Assembly (NCBI GenBank): GCA_951406725.2
Contig: OX597822.1
Coordinates: forward strand, 88,598,001-88,662,000
DNA length: 64,000 nucleotides
From: Octopus vulgaris
Lineage: Eukaryota
Direction of reading: 5' to 3'
The notes beneath the pieces were generated by a model. The model did not search any database, had not been told where the DNA came from, and was given only the letters and a program-made list of their open reading frames with translations. This document shows positions 15,031 to 28,463 of this stretch, in pieces (positions within the stretch are counted from its first letter, which is position 1; every line of letters begins with the position of its first letter). The translations under genes were made by a program, and so were the position numbers.

Positions 15031-15838
15031 TTCAGCAAAATTTAGATTCAGATGAATATAATGTTGGCAAATGAAATAGGGATACGAATGTGCATTGTCC
15101 GTTTAATTGGAAAATTCCATAAGTGGCTGAAGATTGCTCGACATATTAAAACTGATGTAATACGTACAGTGTTTAATAAAATGAAGTAGCATGAAACAAT
15201 TGTACTACTCTACCTTGGATATACTTGTTGCTTATTTTGATTATATATATACACACACACGCAGTTATTTTTTGTTGATATTATTAACGCTTTAAGGTTT
15301 TCCTAAATATTATGCTTAATAGCAACGTTTGGTAAATGTCTGATGAACTGTGCCACTCCATGCTATTAATAAATTTATGTAGCTCTTGAGAAATCTATTG
15401 TACTTAATCAAGTGGAAGTAATGGGGTTTAAAACGGAATGGTACTGAAACAATTGTAACCAGTATTAATGTAGGCAGCGCCCCCGCACGGCTGCAGACTA
15501 ATGACTAAATTAAGTAAAAGATAGAAGAAATGTGTTGACAGAGTTGTAACACAGTCGTATGTGTATAATGCCTTGTGGTATTTATTCGGGAATAGAACCT
15601 TTATACTTTTGCAAATCACACTGGTAGAAGTCCACATCCAGCAAAAATTGAGATATGCGCCTGTCAAGAGAGCAGCTTCAATTTTCACATGCCCTCAACA
15701 AAGCACGATATTTTGTGCTCGGATGTGACAAACTTATAACAGTAGAGCACTAGATCGCAGACCACTACTCAATATATTTGCGACAGACTACTTGGAAGGC
15801 AACACAAATTTTCAGAAACCTGATTGAAAGACACTTTG

Positions 15839-15899
<61 letters not shown>

Positions 15900-17329
15900 C
15901 AGTAGTCAAGTATCGAACAACTACTAATGGTTTAATCGTGAATTAATTCTTTCTATCTATACTCTACAATATTGTCAGTGATGTGATTTCAAGCAAGCCA
16001 ACTGATATGGACGATTGCCTGATTTCTGCTGTAATGTGTCCACATTTTATATTTCACGCGATTTTTTTGGCGGCGAGCTGGTAGAAACGTTAGCTGCCGG
16101 GTGAAATGCTTAGCGGTATTTCGTCTGTCGTTACGTTCTGAGTTCAAATTCCGCCGAGGTCGACTTTGCCTTTCATCCTTTCGGGGTCGATTAAATAAGT
16201 ACCAGTTATTGGGGTCGATATAATCGACTTAATCCATTTGTCTGTCTTTGATTGTCCCCTCTATGTTTAGCCCCTTGTGGGCAGTAAAGAAATATATTTC
16301 ACGCGATTAAATTCGGTGACACAGAAAAAAACATCTACCTCAAAGCAGTAAGTAATGAAACATGTACCAAATCATCGACATCGTTAAGACTGATATGGTC
16401 TGAATTCCGCCATGAACTCACACAGGAACTAGAAAATTACCACCAATTTCACAGAAACCTCTTTATTTTGTATGGCATTATTCTACACAAGGACCGCGCA
16501 GTAATAAACCATCTTCAGGGAAGCATTTCACTCTTCGTTTTATTTTGCACCAAGTACATTAATATTTAAAGTTAGGATCATATCGACCATTACCACACTT
16601 CAAAGCTATATCCACATCGTAGAGGGCTTCTAATCCATCTAACCGTGATATTAGCAGTGTTCTGACGCTTGGAAATGTCGTACCCGAACGGTACCTTGCG
16701 AATGATTTACTCGGAGACTAACAGAGAGTATAGCCAAGCCACCGTAAAGCGTCTTGTGAGCAGAGCTTGTTGCAATGATTCGGTAGCTGTCGTATTTTGG
16801 GGTTCGAAATGATGTCTCATGGACGAACATGCAGAATTCGTCATAAGCAGTAGTAGTCGAAGACTTCGAGTTTTCGGAGGTTTTCAGGTCTCACTGGCCA
16901 GGATTTTCACCCATAGAGAAGGATGGTCCGGATGAGCGTTCGGAAAATATGTGTCCCTTACATCACAATTGTCACTGATTTACCTATTTCAATATATTTT
17001 CAAACTACTTCAGTTATTGACCTCTGCTCTCATTGGTCAACTGTCGAAACATCTTCGAAGAGACAAATGGATTCAGTACCCGTCTATGTTGCACATTCGT
17101 TACATTCGGCACCCTAGTGGAACCATCTTCCAGCACGCCGGACACTAACCGGAATGTCTTGGGGTCCGTACTATTGCTAAATTGTAGTTGAACCTACATT
17201 AGGTTCATTCAGCTGCGTTTTTAGCAATCCTAGTCACCAGGCAAGCCTAGTTGGAGTACCGGTTTAGCCGCGGACGACCCAGGTTATATTGGATTTCATG
17301 TTACCAGTAGTACTCAACAGAGACATCAC

Positions 17330-20153
17330 GATTGACCTGATATGCGGAAGTACCAATAGAGAGGATGTATCGATCGTTGAAGCACAACGTCTAGGAGGTA
17401 CCTAAGAAACACCTTGGTGTCACTAAACGTCAGCGTAAAGAGTGGCGGAGAAAACCAAACAGGCTCGCAACAATGGTTCTAACGACTATCGTCGCCTCAG
17501 AGGACTGATTCCTCAGGAGGACCAGAATTCTTTCTGGCACTCGAATGCTACGGACATGGAGCGTACTGCCTCAGTCAGCGTTTCAAGAAAGCTCAGTCAA
17601 TTCTGTCAAGCGTCGACCATCCAAATGATCCTCAACGGGCGAGGTGAAGTGATCTCAGATCTTAACAGTTGCCTAGATCGTTGGTGTAAGCATTTTGCTG
17701 TTTTGCTCAACCACGGCACAGTACCTCCCGTTGGACCGCTGACTGATCCGTTCTCCGCGACACTGTACGATTACCAAACGGAAGCGCCGACCACTGAGGT
17801 ACTGCATGTTATGACTTGTAGTGGATCTTGCATGCATGAAATGGATTCGATCCACCACAGCCAAATTTAAATTAACACTGCAACAGAGCTTTTCCCACGG
17901 TGGAACAATGGTTTTTTTCTTACAGTAGTTTTACATTTTCCAGATGCCTTTAGCTAGGCCGAAATAATGTCTTCACCACTTGACCCTTTCTAACTTCTTC
18001 TACTTCACCAAAAGCTAGAATAGAGATAACAAGACCACCAACTAAATCTATTGCTCTCAATTATATATCTATCCTTCTGGATAGTTATATAAGCCAGCAC
18101 ATCCCAAGCAAAAATCAGTTCGTCACAGTCGTGACGACTCAACGAGGTCTGGTTGACCGACCTTGGTCAGAGGGAAAGATGAAGTTTACTGTGAGACAAC
18201 ACCCTACAATTCTCTCTAGCTCTAATTCTGTTCTCTTACAACATCATTCTATCTGTCTCAGCAATTACTGCTAAACAATGAAGAGGATACAAACACAAAC
18301 TTTCCTTCGCATGCTTTTGGATATATCTAAACCTGCCCGTCGAGGCAAGGTATTTGTAACGTAACAGTAAATAAATACTTTCTTAAAACTTCATGCATTG
18401 TCCATCTTTCACATCCTACAGTATGCTGTCATAACAACAAATTATTATCTTTACAACTGCTGATTACGACACTTCCTAATATTGTTTCCAAACTAAATTT
18501 TATCCGTTACAATTGGTGGCCCTCGACTTCAATCAAAAATTTTATCGTCACGCCAGCTGACTTCAACATTTCATAATAATGTTTACCAAACCAATTTCTG
18601 TCGTTACAGACTGCAAGCTTGAAATACAACAAAGCTGCTACCGAAGATAATGTCCCAGCGGAGATCTTCAAGCACTGCCAGGAAGAGCTCACTAAGTGGT
18701 TGCACCAAATCATCACGCACATCTGAGACTCTGAATCACTTCCCCAAGATTGGAGATATGCGGTTCTTCTTCCGTTCTTCAAGAAGATACAGAAGTATCA
18801 GTTGATTGACATCGCGGCCAAGATATTTACTCAGTCCTTTTGCGCAGATTCCAGCTTTAGAGAGACCGATGCGCCCGTCCTAACAAGTCCGGCTTTCGTC
18901 CTGGCCGTGGCTATACGGATCAGATCTTCACACTGAGAAAATCTCTTGAGTACCGTTGATGTTACCAAAAACCGACCGTCATCTGCTTCGTCGATTTTGC
19001 GGTAGCATTTAACTCAGTTAACCGTTGTGTGTTGTGGGAAGTAACGATTGCAGATGGTTTTTCACCAAAACTTCTGAACCTGCTGAAAGCCTACTATCAT
19101 ACAATATGAACAAAGGTCCGGTTATATGGACAAGAATCACCGTTTTTCGATGTCCGTTCCGGGGTTCGACGGGGTTATGCATTATTTCCAACCCTGTTCA
19201 ACTATGCCATCGACTGGATCACGAAACATGCTCTGACAGAGTTTCTATGTTTTACAGTGGGACCGAACTTTGTTCTCACCGATCTTGATCACACTAACGA
19301 CATAGCGACCCTGAGGGAAAACTATGCTGACCTCCAAACTGCTATTAACAAAATTAATAACTGGGCTCTCAAGATCGACATGAAGATAAATACGTCCAAA
19401 ACCAAAATTCTCGTGGCAATGATCCCATCCTCGGAAAAGTTATGAATGGTTCTCAGTGGTGAAATCCTCGAAGAAGTCGACCACTTCAAATTGCTTGGAT
19501 CGACATTCACGGCAACCGAGCAGGGAAAGGACGAGATTGACCTACGCATCAACAACGCTTGTCTCGCATTCTGTCGCCTTCAGAGCCACCTTTGGCCGCC
19601 ACCAGAGATCCAAATTCTCACGAAAATGCGTATTTTCCAAGAGTTCATCCGGACCATCCTTCTCTATGGGTGCAAATCCTGACCAGTGAGAGCTGAAAAC
19701 TTCCAAAAGCTCAAAGTCTTCGATTACTACTGCCTATGTCGAATACTGTATGTTCGTCCATGGGACATCATTTCGAACCCCAAAATACGATAGCTGCCGC
19801 ATCAACTCTTTGCAACAAGCTCTACTCGCCAGACATCTAAGTTAGCTTGGCTATACACTCCGTCAGGCTCCAGGGAAATCATTCGCAAGGCGTCAACCCG
19901 GCTCCCCTCCCAAGCTGGCGCAAACGAGTTGGAGGACAATTGAAGCCGTGGCTGGCGACAGTAAAAACAGATGTGGAAGCAGACTCGGGCCTCTGCATCT
20001 ATAGTCTTTGACAGTTGAACCGGAAGTGGGCATCCATTATAGCCCTAACTGCGGCCGACCATGGGATATGGTCAGCATTCGTGAGCGAATGGTGAACTCG
20101 CTGGTTGGAGTCGGTTCAACCTACTCCGGGTGAATGTTGCTGCAAGTACAAGT
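17330..20153 (+). mobile_element. Decayed RTE-clade LINE
   Basis: RT motifs KAA.EDNVPAEIFK, GFRPGRGYTDQIFTLR, FVDFAVAFNSV, DLDHTNDI, EEVDHFKLLGS, ILLYGC; short CAAGTA-repeat tail; many stops and frameshifts. Confidence 0.85.
17807..18608 (+). mobile_element. Solo-LTR-like insertion inside the RTE LINE
   Basis: Starts TGTTATGAC, ends GTCGTTACA (internal GTCATAACA at 18436); flanked by (t)ACTGCA/(g)ACTGCA; internal TATA and AATAAA. Confidence 0.6.
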
Positions 20154-20205
20154 ATATTTCAATGCACGTGTTATTACTGCAATATAAAGGTACTTTAACA
20201 ACTAT

Positions 20206-21090
20206 ATATGTCCTTTACATCACAATTGTCACCGATTTACCTATTTCAATATATTTTCAGTTCAAGCGACTTCAAATACCTCAGAATTATCGATCTCTAC
20301 TCGCATTGCTCATCTGTCGAAATATCTTCAAAGAAGCAAATAGTTTTAGTGCCTGTCTATACTGCACATTCGTCACATTCGGCATCCCAGAAAAACTATC
20401 ATCCGAGTGTGGATTGGAGTTCCTATGAACAATAACCTAAAATGTTCCGAAAAATTGGGGCGTATACCTTTCATCTATGACCTTTCTACATAGCCGAAAT
20501 TGGTGTAACCAATTATAATTTCAACATGCAATCCTACAATACTGTAACACGGACCTGTGTAAACTGCAGCCCATGAAAATTCCTAATTGGCACGCCTAAC
20601 GAAAAATGATCTTGAATTGTTTTAGTGGTACCGGCCCGCCTAATGATGAACCATGTCTCATGCGGTCGACTCTCCAGAAAAGTTGCCTATGCCTACTGCT
20701 GTAACACAAGTCTAATAGTGGTACAAATTTTTCCTAGCGAGGTGGCTTCTATATCACTCGTCCAGTCACAAATATCAACCAAATTCCCTTCAAATAACAT
20801 TTCACCATCTTAAAGAAAGGAAGAACCCGTCGGTTAGTGTAGTCATGGTAGTGTAATCCTAGCGCAGGCCTATGATGGAATTGTTCGTGGCTGGAGCGGT
20901 TTCGTCACAGGTCAGCTTGATCAGAAATTATCTAGGATGAAACAACACAAGTTTTCCCAAACAAAGAGCATTTTCAGAAGACGTGTTCGTGACTTTATGA
21001 CAATTCCATAGCTCGATCAGTGTGTCTTGAAAGTAAACGGGTCTGTGAGAATCACTCAGCAAAACAGAAGAGCCCTTCGCAAATATTTGC
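20206..21090 (+). mobile_element. Gypsy integrase remnant
   Basis: TFVTFGIPEKLSSECGLEF (integrase core like FGIPEELSSDGGPEF) and DQCVLKVNGSVRITQQNRRALRKY (C-terminal KVDGSGR...RNR..LR-type motif). Confidence 0.7.
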
Positions 21091-23221
21091 TAGTCCAATC
21101 TGCCAGCACTCGATTTGCCATTCAAAAACTGCATCCTATATTATCAAATACAGCCAACATTAATAGCATCTCCTTCGTCTACGATCTCAACAAACCTTAG
21201 CAATCGTATCCATGCCTTAGAGTTAACCCCAACTATGGAAAGCATGTTTGGATATATCTACCAATCTATCACCAATGGAGTATCCTGTTTTGAGGGGTTC
21301 CAATCCCAACACTCACTATTTGGATAACATGGCCTAATTAGGCAGCTTATCTCATCGGGGTTTTTTTTTTCCAGATAATAAATAAATATCTTATGGATAA
21401 CAGATATTTACCTCTGAAATATTCAGAGGTCTCTTTATCATATTGATTGTTGCCACTCGAAAATTATTTTCGCCTTCCTTTTTTTTTTTTTTTTTTTTCA
21501 GATCCATTGAGGGCATTTTTTCATACAATTAAAATTCGCCTCCAATAAAGTATTTTAATTCTCATTTACTTATTTTTCTCTTACTGTTTACAAAAAGTTA
21601 GTGGTAAGAAATTAAGTGAACTTCAAATTGCTTACCAGTTATATCTATTGTCTTCTCCGGATTTCCATTTTGGCATTCCAGTTCATTTCTTGATATGTCT
21701 GCCCAAATACATTTTCTGAATTTTCTTCTCGCGTATTCCCTTTACCAGAATCAATGTGATAAGGTTATTTTAGCATTATTGATGCTTATTTCACTGAATT
21801 AACCAATAAACCACGTTAAAGTTGCTGTTGAGTCCAAGGGAGATAACAATAGTTGTTCCTTTTGAATCCGAGTTTGAACTATTTGCTGGGTTATGGAAGT
21901 ACTTATTTAAAAGGCGATGGGACTGAACAGTGGTTTAAATACATTGCACCAGTTAGCTTCATTCTTTCTGGTTCTAAATCCAAATCCAACCAGGATTGCC
22001 TTGGCATTTTCATCTCAAAGTGATCAATAAAATTAATACCAATTAACTTTATAACATTGGCATTGCATCTAATAAAACCATTTGGTAACCAGTGCTTTGA
22101 AGAGTCACATTTTCTTCTCTCCTTGAAATTCTGGGATACCATATCAATATGGAAAATTATCATTTCTGCAGTTACAACAGGTAAAGGCTGACAGAATCGG
22201 TAGAGCAACAAGTTTCTCTTAATCTGTCGCCTGAATTAACACTGTCATTTTAGTTTTCTTCTCCATACAGGTTACAAATTTTATAGTCAGTGAAAGAAAA
22301 ATACGGTCTTTTACATCTAATTATACTCACCATTTTAAAATGAGATTAGAACTGTAAAAACGCGTAAAATACATCTAAAGATCATTTTCAGAATTTATTG
22401 TAAAAAAAAAATTCTGAGTCTGTGTTTGTCCCCCTAGCATTGCTTGACAACCGATGCTGGTGTGTTTAGGTCCCCGTCACTTAGCGGTTCGGCAAAAGAG
22501 ACCGATCGAATAAGTACTGGGCTTACAAAGAATAAGTCCTGGGGTCGATTTGCTCGACTAAAGGCGGTGCTCCAGCATGGCCGCAGTCAAATGACTGAAA
22601 CAAGTAAAAGAGTAAAAGAGTAAGAGTATGGGAAGCAGAGTTTCGGAAAATTCACTCGAGTCTGCTTTCTTTTCTCATAACTTTCAGAAAAATGGGTATT
22701 TTTAAATCAAATTTACTACAAATACCTTTCAGATGGTTTAGATTACGGATTATATAGGAATTTAATATATATATTTAAAAAATGGTGGACTCGCATACAT
22801 ACATAAGGCATTTGTAAAAAATTTCATTAAAAAAAATACCTATTCTTCGGAAAGCTACGAGGTAACAAAGCCGAATCAGGTGAATTTTCCGAAACTCTTC
22901 CCACTCTCGGAAAAATTTGTTTACTACAAATTCCGATATAATCGGAATCTACAGCAATTGAAGCGTATTTGTAGAAAATTTCTTTGAAAAATATTTTACC
23001 ATAATGTATTGTAGGGACATTCGATTCAAATATAAACCCTCAATAAATAGTAGAATAAGTAAAATAAAGAAAACAATTTTATCAACAAATATGAGTTTGA
23101 GAAACAATGAGAAAAAAACAATCATTGCTACGGGGAAAAAAAACACTGACGGAAGACATTGTAAACTAGAATAATTTTTCTGTAGGAACATATTCTCTGT
23201 TTACACCGTATTTCCGTCAAC

Positions 23222-23284
23222 ATGTCGGGTGGAAAGCAGAGAATTTCCAATCTCGAAAAACCACTGGGCAAAGGAAAGCCCGAA
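23222..23284 (+). CDS. TRAPPC5: TRAPP complex subunit 5, coding exon 1 (MSGGKQRISNLEKPLGKGKPE)
   Basis: ATG at 23222, GTAAGT donor at 23285, phase 0; splices in frame to recognisable TRAPPC5/Trs31 exons. Confidence 0.9.
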
Positions 23285-23464
23285 GTAAGTAGAAAATATC
23301 AATTAACTTATGTGCTGTGTCTATTTTACTTTATATGTTCTTTATGTATATGTTATCAGTTAATGTACAGCATGCTGATTAAACGTCAGTGTAGAAATTG
23401 TCGAAAGGAAAACTGCTAGTTTCTTGTCTTTTCAATTTCAAAAAATTTTTTTATTAATCAAATC

Positions 23465-23495
<31 letters not shown>

Positions 23496-26187
23496 CTTAC
23501 AATACATGTCGGGCATTTTAGATAGAAAATCTAATTAATGAGCTTTTATTAATAGCATTTTATTTTGCCTGGTGCTTTACAAAATGGGCGTTATTTTTAT
23601 GTATCTTATTTGCTTCCCAGTCCTTAGTTATATTGGTCTATAAACCAACTTACATTTCTGATTACAGTCATTTCTCCTCGATATTAATGTTTTTTTTTTT
23701 TTTTTCAAAGAATATGGAGTTTTCTGGATATAATCTGGAGCCCTGTCTTTAATCAGAATATTTATTAATAGTTTTAGGACTTGATTTCAGTATTTTGCCA
23801 TTTCACTTGTCAATGCGCTTGAGGAGAGCATGAATCTGATTGATTTCCATCTCATCACTCCTCTTCCAAATCTGAAACTTTAATGCCTAAGAATCAGCAT
23901 GTTTTCAAACTTTTACTTTGTGGCACCGAGAAAATGATAGTAAAATTTTATATATATATGGGCGTTGTGTATACAAACTTACATTTGCTTTTATTAGAAG
24001 CGTCAAATGTGTTTTGTACGATACAAACAAGAAGATGATATTTTCTCGAATGTAGCATTGCCTATATGTATATATGTGTGTGTGTATATATAATGGGCAT
24101 ATAATAATTATATATATATATATATATATAACTGTTGCTAATGTTGTTTTATTAGTAATACTGGCCTGTAACAAAAAAATAAATACGTAGTTCAAGACAC
24201 TGAAGCATTAGTTTAAATTTTTCTAAAGTCTTAAATTCCACTTTTAAAACCAGTGACACATTTAGATTCCACTTGTAGTGCACCATCAAAGAATCGGTGT
24301 CTTTAAGACTTCTTGATTTCTTTACGTACAACAGATGTTGACAATGCTAAGTTGATATATTTAAAGAACTCATCTTTGCTATTAATTTGTTGTAATGTCC
24401 ACATCATAAATATTGGGTTTTAATTATGGTACTAATTAACAAAATCATTTGGGCATGAGAATACTTGCAGTATTTGTTCCAATCCCCTGTGCTCTGATGT
24501 CAACTTTGTGTTTCATAATAATATTTGCTGAGTCTGGAGAAAGGGACAGTGTCTATTAAAAATGCAAGCCCTCGGAGACTAGTAATTTGCTGTTATTAAT
24601 GTTGCATTGAAACTGTTGCAGATCAAAATGTGCAGGAATGACCCAAGATGGGGGAAAATTCCAGAGACGGAAAATGTTCAGGATGAGAGGACTGTGCAAA
24701 ATGGGTAATGGGTAGTGCAAAGCTAGAATAAGGATGTGACAAGGGGAGGCAAATAATAGTACCATGTGTGAATAATATATATATATCTCCTTTTGTCTAA
24801 CAAATGAAGCATGACTGCTTTTACACACATAAATATATATACATGACAGAATTTCCACCTACCAAATTCACTCATCATCATCATTTAATGTGTTTTTCTT
24901 GCTGGCATGGGTTGGATGGTTTGACAGGAGCTGGTATACAGAGGACTGCTCCAAGCTCTAGTGTCAGCTTTGGCATGATTTCCACAGTTGGATGCCTTTC
25001 CTAAAACCACTTAACAGAATGTACTGGGTATTTTTACATGGTGCCAGCACCTGTGAGGTCACCAAGTAACTTGCAAGACAAATACTTCTCAATTGAGTGT
25101 GGGAAGGGTATTGATGGAGGTGGCTTTGTGCCAAGGGATGAGAGGTTAAACTATGCTACAAGGACAGAAACAGGTGTCTTGCTGTAGAGAAGTTGCATGA
25201 CTACCGCAATTAGAGACGGAGAAAGAAAATGGTGGTGCACATGCCAGGGCATGCCCTTAAAGTACAAAGCAGTGAATGTAAGTGAAATGGTACAGAGGAT
25301 TGGACAGAATGAGTGAGCAGGGAGTTCACCAGTGCAAAATTAGGGTGGATGAGACAAAAGGAGAAGGGGGAATGCAGTGAGTGATAAGCACAGGCATAAG
25401 GAGAGTGGTAGGATAGCAATTGTACAGGTGACAGGGTTGGGGAAAGGAGAGAGAGAGATTACAAAGTGGTGTTGGACTGCAAGAGCAGGGTGGGGAGTGA
25501 CAAGCATAGTGTATAGAGATGTAATTTGTTTCAAGGTGATAAGGTGAATTAATGTAACCTGTGGGTGAAGAGCACATAATACACAGCACTTGCAGAACTC
25601 AATTTCACTGAGGTAAACGGGTCTTCTCAAGGGTCTAATATTGCCAAATATTTCAGTCCATTGTCATCTCCTTCTTGAGGCACAGCATCCTGAGATCAGC
25701 TCTCACTACTTTATCCCATGTCTTCATATATATATATATATAAAGTTCAGCAAAATTTAGATTCAGATGAATATGGTACTTAAGTTAAAGGCACCAGAAT
25801 TTGGTATGGTATTATCCATATAAATCAAATGGGGTGATTATAATCAAAATAAGCAACAAGGATATCCAAGGTAGTGTAGTACAATTGTTTGTAAACTGAT
25901 GTAATACTTACAGTGTTTAATAAAATGAAGTGGCATGAAACAATTGTACTACACTACCTTGAATATCCTTGTTGCTTATTTTGAGTATATATACTTAAAA
26001 GCTTGTGCCTCTCAAATGAATTTCTTGTTATACACTGTGTTACAGGCACTCCCTTATGATTCTTACTATAAGAACCCAATAACCAATGGTCCCATCAGTC
26101 ACCCTGATATAAAATATGACAATATTTATATGCTAAGTATTCCTGTTGCTCTGTCATCTTTACACAAAAACTTTTAATCTTTTCCAG

Positions 26188-26276
26188 GTGAACATTGCAA
26201 GTTTTGCTTTGCTCTTTTCTGAGATTGTCCAGTATTGTCAGAATCGTGTTTATACAGTACCAGAGCTTCAGAATAA
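26188..26276 (+). CDS. TRAPPC5: TRAPPC5 coding exon 2 (VNIASFALLFSEIVQYCQNRVYTVPELQN)
   Basis: tttccag acceptor, GTAAGT donor; matches the conserved TRAPPC5 motif FALLFSE.VQ.CQ.RV..V.ELQ. Confidence 0.95.
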
Positions 26277-27131
26277 GTAAGTATATCACTCATTCTATTG
26301 ACTAATCCTTAATCCTTGTTGTTGCTGTCCATTTCAATGAAGCATTTAAGTTTGTATGGTTCTCAGACAGTGTAACCTGGGATAAAGTAGTGCACCTTTC
26401 TTGCTTCACTTAGCTATCAGTGCAGAGGTATATGCAACAATAAAGCAGGTAGAAATGGAATATCTGAGTCAATAAAAATTACTTGACCCTGGCTGTAGGT
26501 TTGAAATTAAATCTATTTCTTGTTACATTATGTATGTAGCAAAGGTAGCAAACTGGCAGAATTGCTAATGCTTTGGACAAAAGCATCTCTTCTGGCCCAA
26601 CTTTTCTTTTCCTCCTTGCAGGGTCAATAAGATAAATTACCACTTAAGTATTGGACTTGATATAATCGACTTAACCCTACTCCTCCCCTTAAAATTGCTG
26701 GCCTTGTGCCAAAACTTGAAACAATTATGCATATGACAGATACTGTTCAATTACACTAATCACCTCACTTTACTATTTAGTATAAAAAGCAGATCTTTGC
26801 AAATGCCTGGTTCTGGGTTTGATCTTACTTCAAGGCAAATGCTTCTTCTGGCATAGCCTTGACCAAAATTGTGAGTAGAATTTATTAGACCAAACTGTGC
26901 CGAAGGCCTCCATGTGTGTATATAGACTTGTGTGTGTGTGTTTCATCATACATTGATAAGAGAACTGAAAACTAGTGCTTTATGAATAAAGTCCCTCCTA
27001 GTATTCATTCTGTGCAAAGTTCCAGACATTACCTTATCAACTTGTATTTTTTTTATGATCAGTGTTTTAAAAATACTGTATGATTTACTTATTTGATCAA
27101 CCTATATTTTTTTTTCTGTTCTTTTCTTCAG

Positions 27132-27258
27132 ATTGTCAGAGTTTGGTTACCATATTGGTTCCCACATCCTTGATCTTCTTTACCTTCGTGAAAAAGGCTA
27201 CAAGAGAGAAATCAAACTCCTCAATATGCTACTGTTTGTGAAATCTAACCTTTGGAAA
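27132..27258 (+). CDS. TRAPPC5: TRAPPC5 coding exon 3 (KLSEFGYHIGSHILDLLYLREKGYKREIKLLNMLLFVKSNLWK)
   Basis: cttcag acceptor, GTAAGT donor, phase-consistent; conserved REKG..RE.K.L..LLFVK..WK motif. Confidence 0.95.
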
Positions 27259-28405
27259 GTAAGTCAGTACAATTTATAGAAAACAGACTTGGGGAATATT
27301 ACCTTACTAGGAAGCAGGTGAAGATTAGTGTCAGGATAGTCATCTGGCTGTTGAAAACTCTGCCTCAATGTAATCTTGTCTCATGATGACAATGGTGGTG
27401 GAAAGCTCTTCACAAATTTCTCACCTTTATTGTTAAGGAACTAAAACTATAACATTCTCTATTTGAAGAACGAATGGAAATTTTTCTTTTAATAAGTAAG
27501 GAAGGAATAGAAGTTTTGTATCTTAAAGTGGCCAACTTCTATCATGAACTGAGTCTTCTGAGAACTAATGTAACATCAGTTTTACATTAATGTTGTTTGC
27601 AGCAGTGGTACCTCCATAAAGCTAAGTAGACTGGTCTTAGACACATATAGTCTAAGTTATGTAGTATAGACATATATAGTATATGTATAGTATAGTATAT
27701 AGTATAGACATAAATAGTCAAGAACAAGTTACAATTTACCAATCTAACATTTCTTATTTTCTTGACTATATATGGCTTTTGCTATGCCACATATGTTGGT
27801 AGACTAACACATAACCGACTCAGAAAAAGGAAGGAACACATTGACTAGTGCTGTCCTAAAGATACAAAATGATGTGATTTGATCAATACTTTACTTGACC
27901 CATAACCTAACTCATCAGTGATTTCATGAGTAGCCAATACTCACTGCATCTATTTTATCTTAATATGGAATGATGAAGATATTTTAGGAGTCAGCTTTAG
28001 TAATAGTAGTCCAAGAGATCCCTAATATTAAGGTATTGGGAAACCAAAGTTGATTCTTAATTGAATTTTTAAAGTCTAAAAATTAAGTTTGATAAAGATA
28101 ACCATGAGAGTAAAGCAACACATTTAGTAACATTGCAGTTGAGTTCAAATGTTGTACAAATTGACTATGCTATTCACCTCTCCAGGGGATATAATAAATT
28201 GTTTAGTCCCAGGTTAGCTCTGACTGAGCAGGCCTATGTCAAAACTATTCCAGCCATGGCCCTCCCCTCTTTTTTGGTTGGGAAACAAGCGTCTTAGCCA
28301 CACCTCGAAAATTGGGTACAAAAAACGATTCAAAAAGAAAAATTACAAGTAAAGAGAAACGAATATTTCCATCCACTGTTTTTTCCTTAATTTTTCTTCT
28401 TTCAG

Positions 28406-28463
28406 ACATTATTTGGGAAAGAAGCTGATAAGCTAGAACATGCAAATGATGATGAACGTACAT
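28406..28463 (+). CDS. TRAPPC5: TRAPPC5 coding exon 4 (TLFGKEADKLEHANDDERT)
   Basis: ttcag acceptor; conserved LFGKEADKLE.ANDD motif; followed by GTATCCTTTT donor. Confidence 0.95.
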
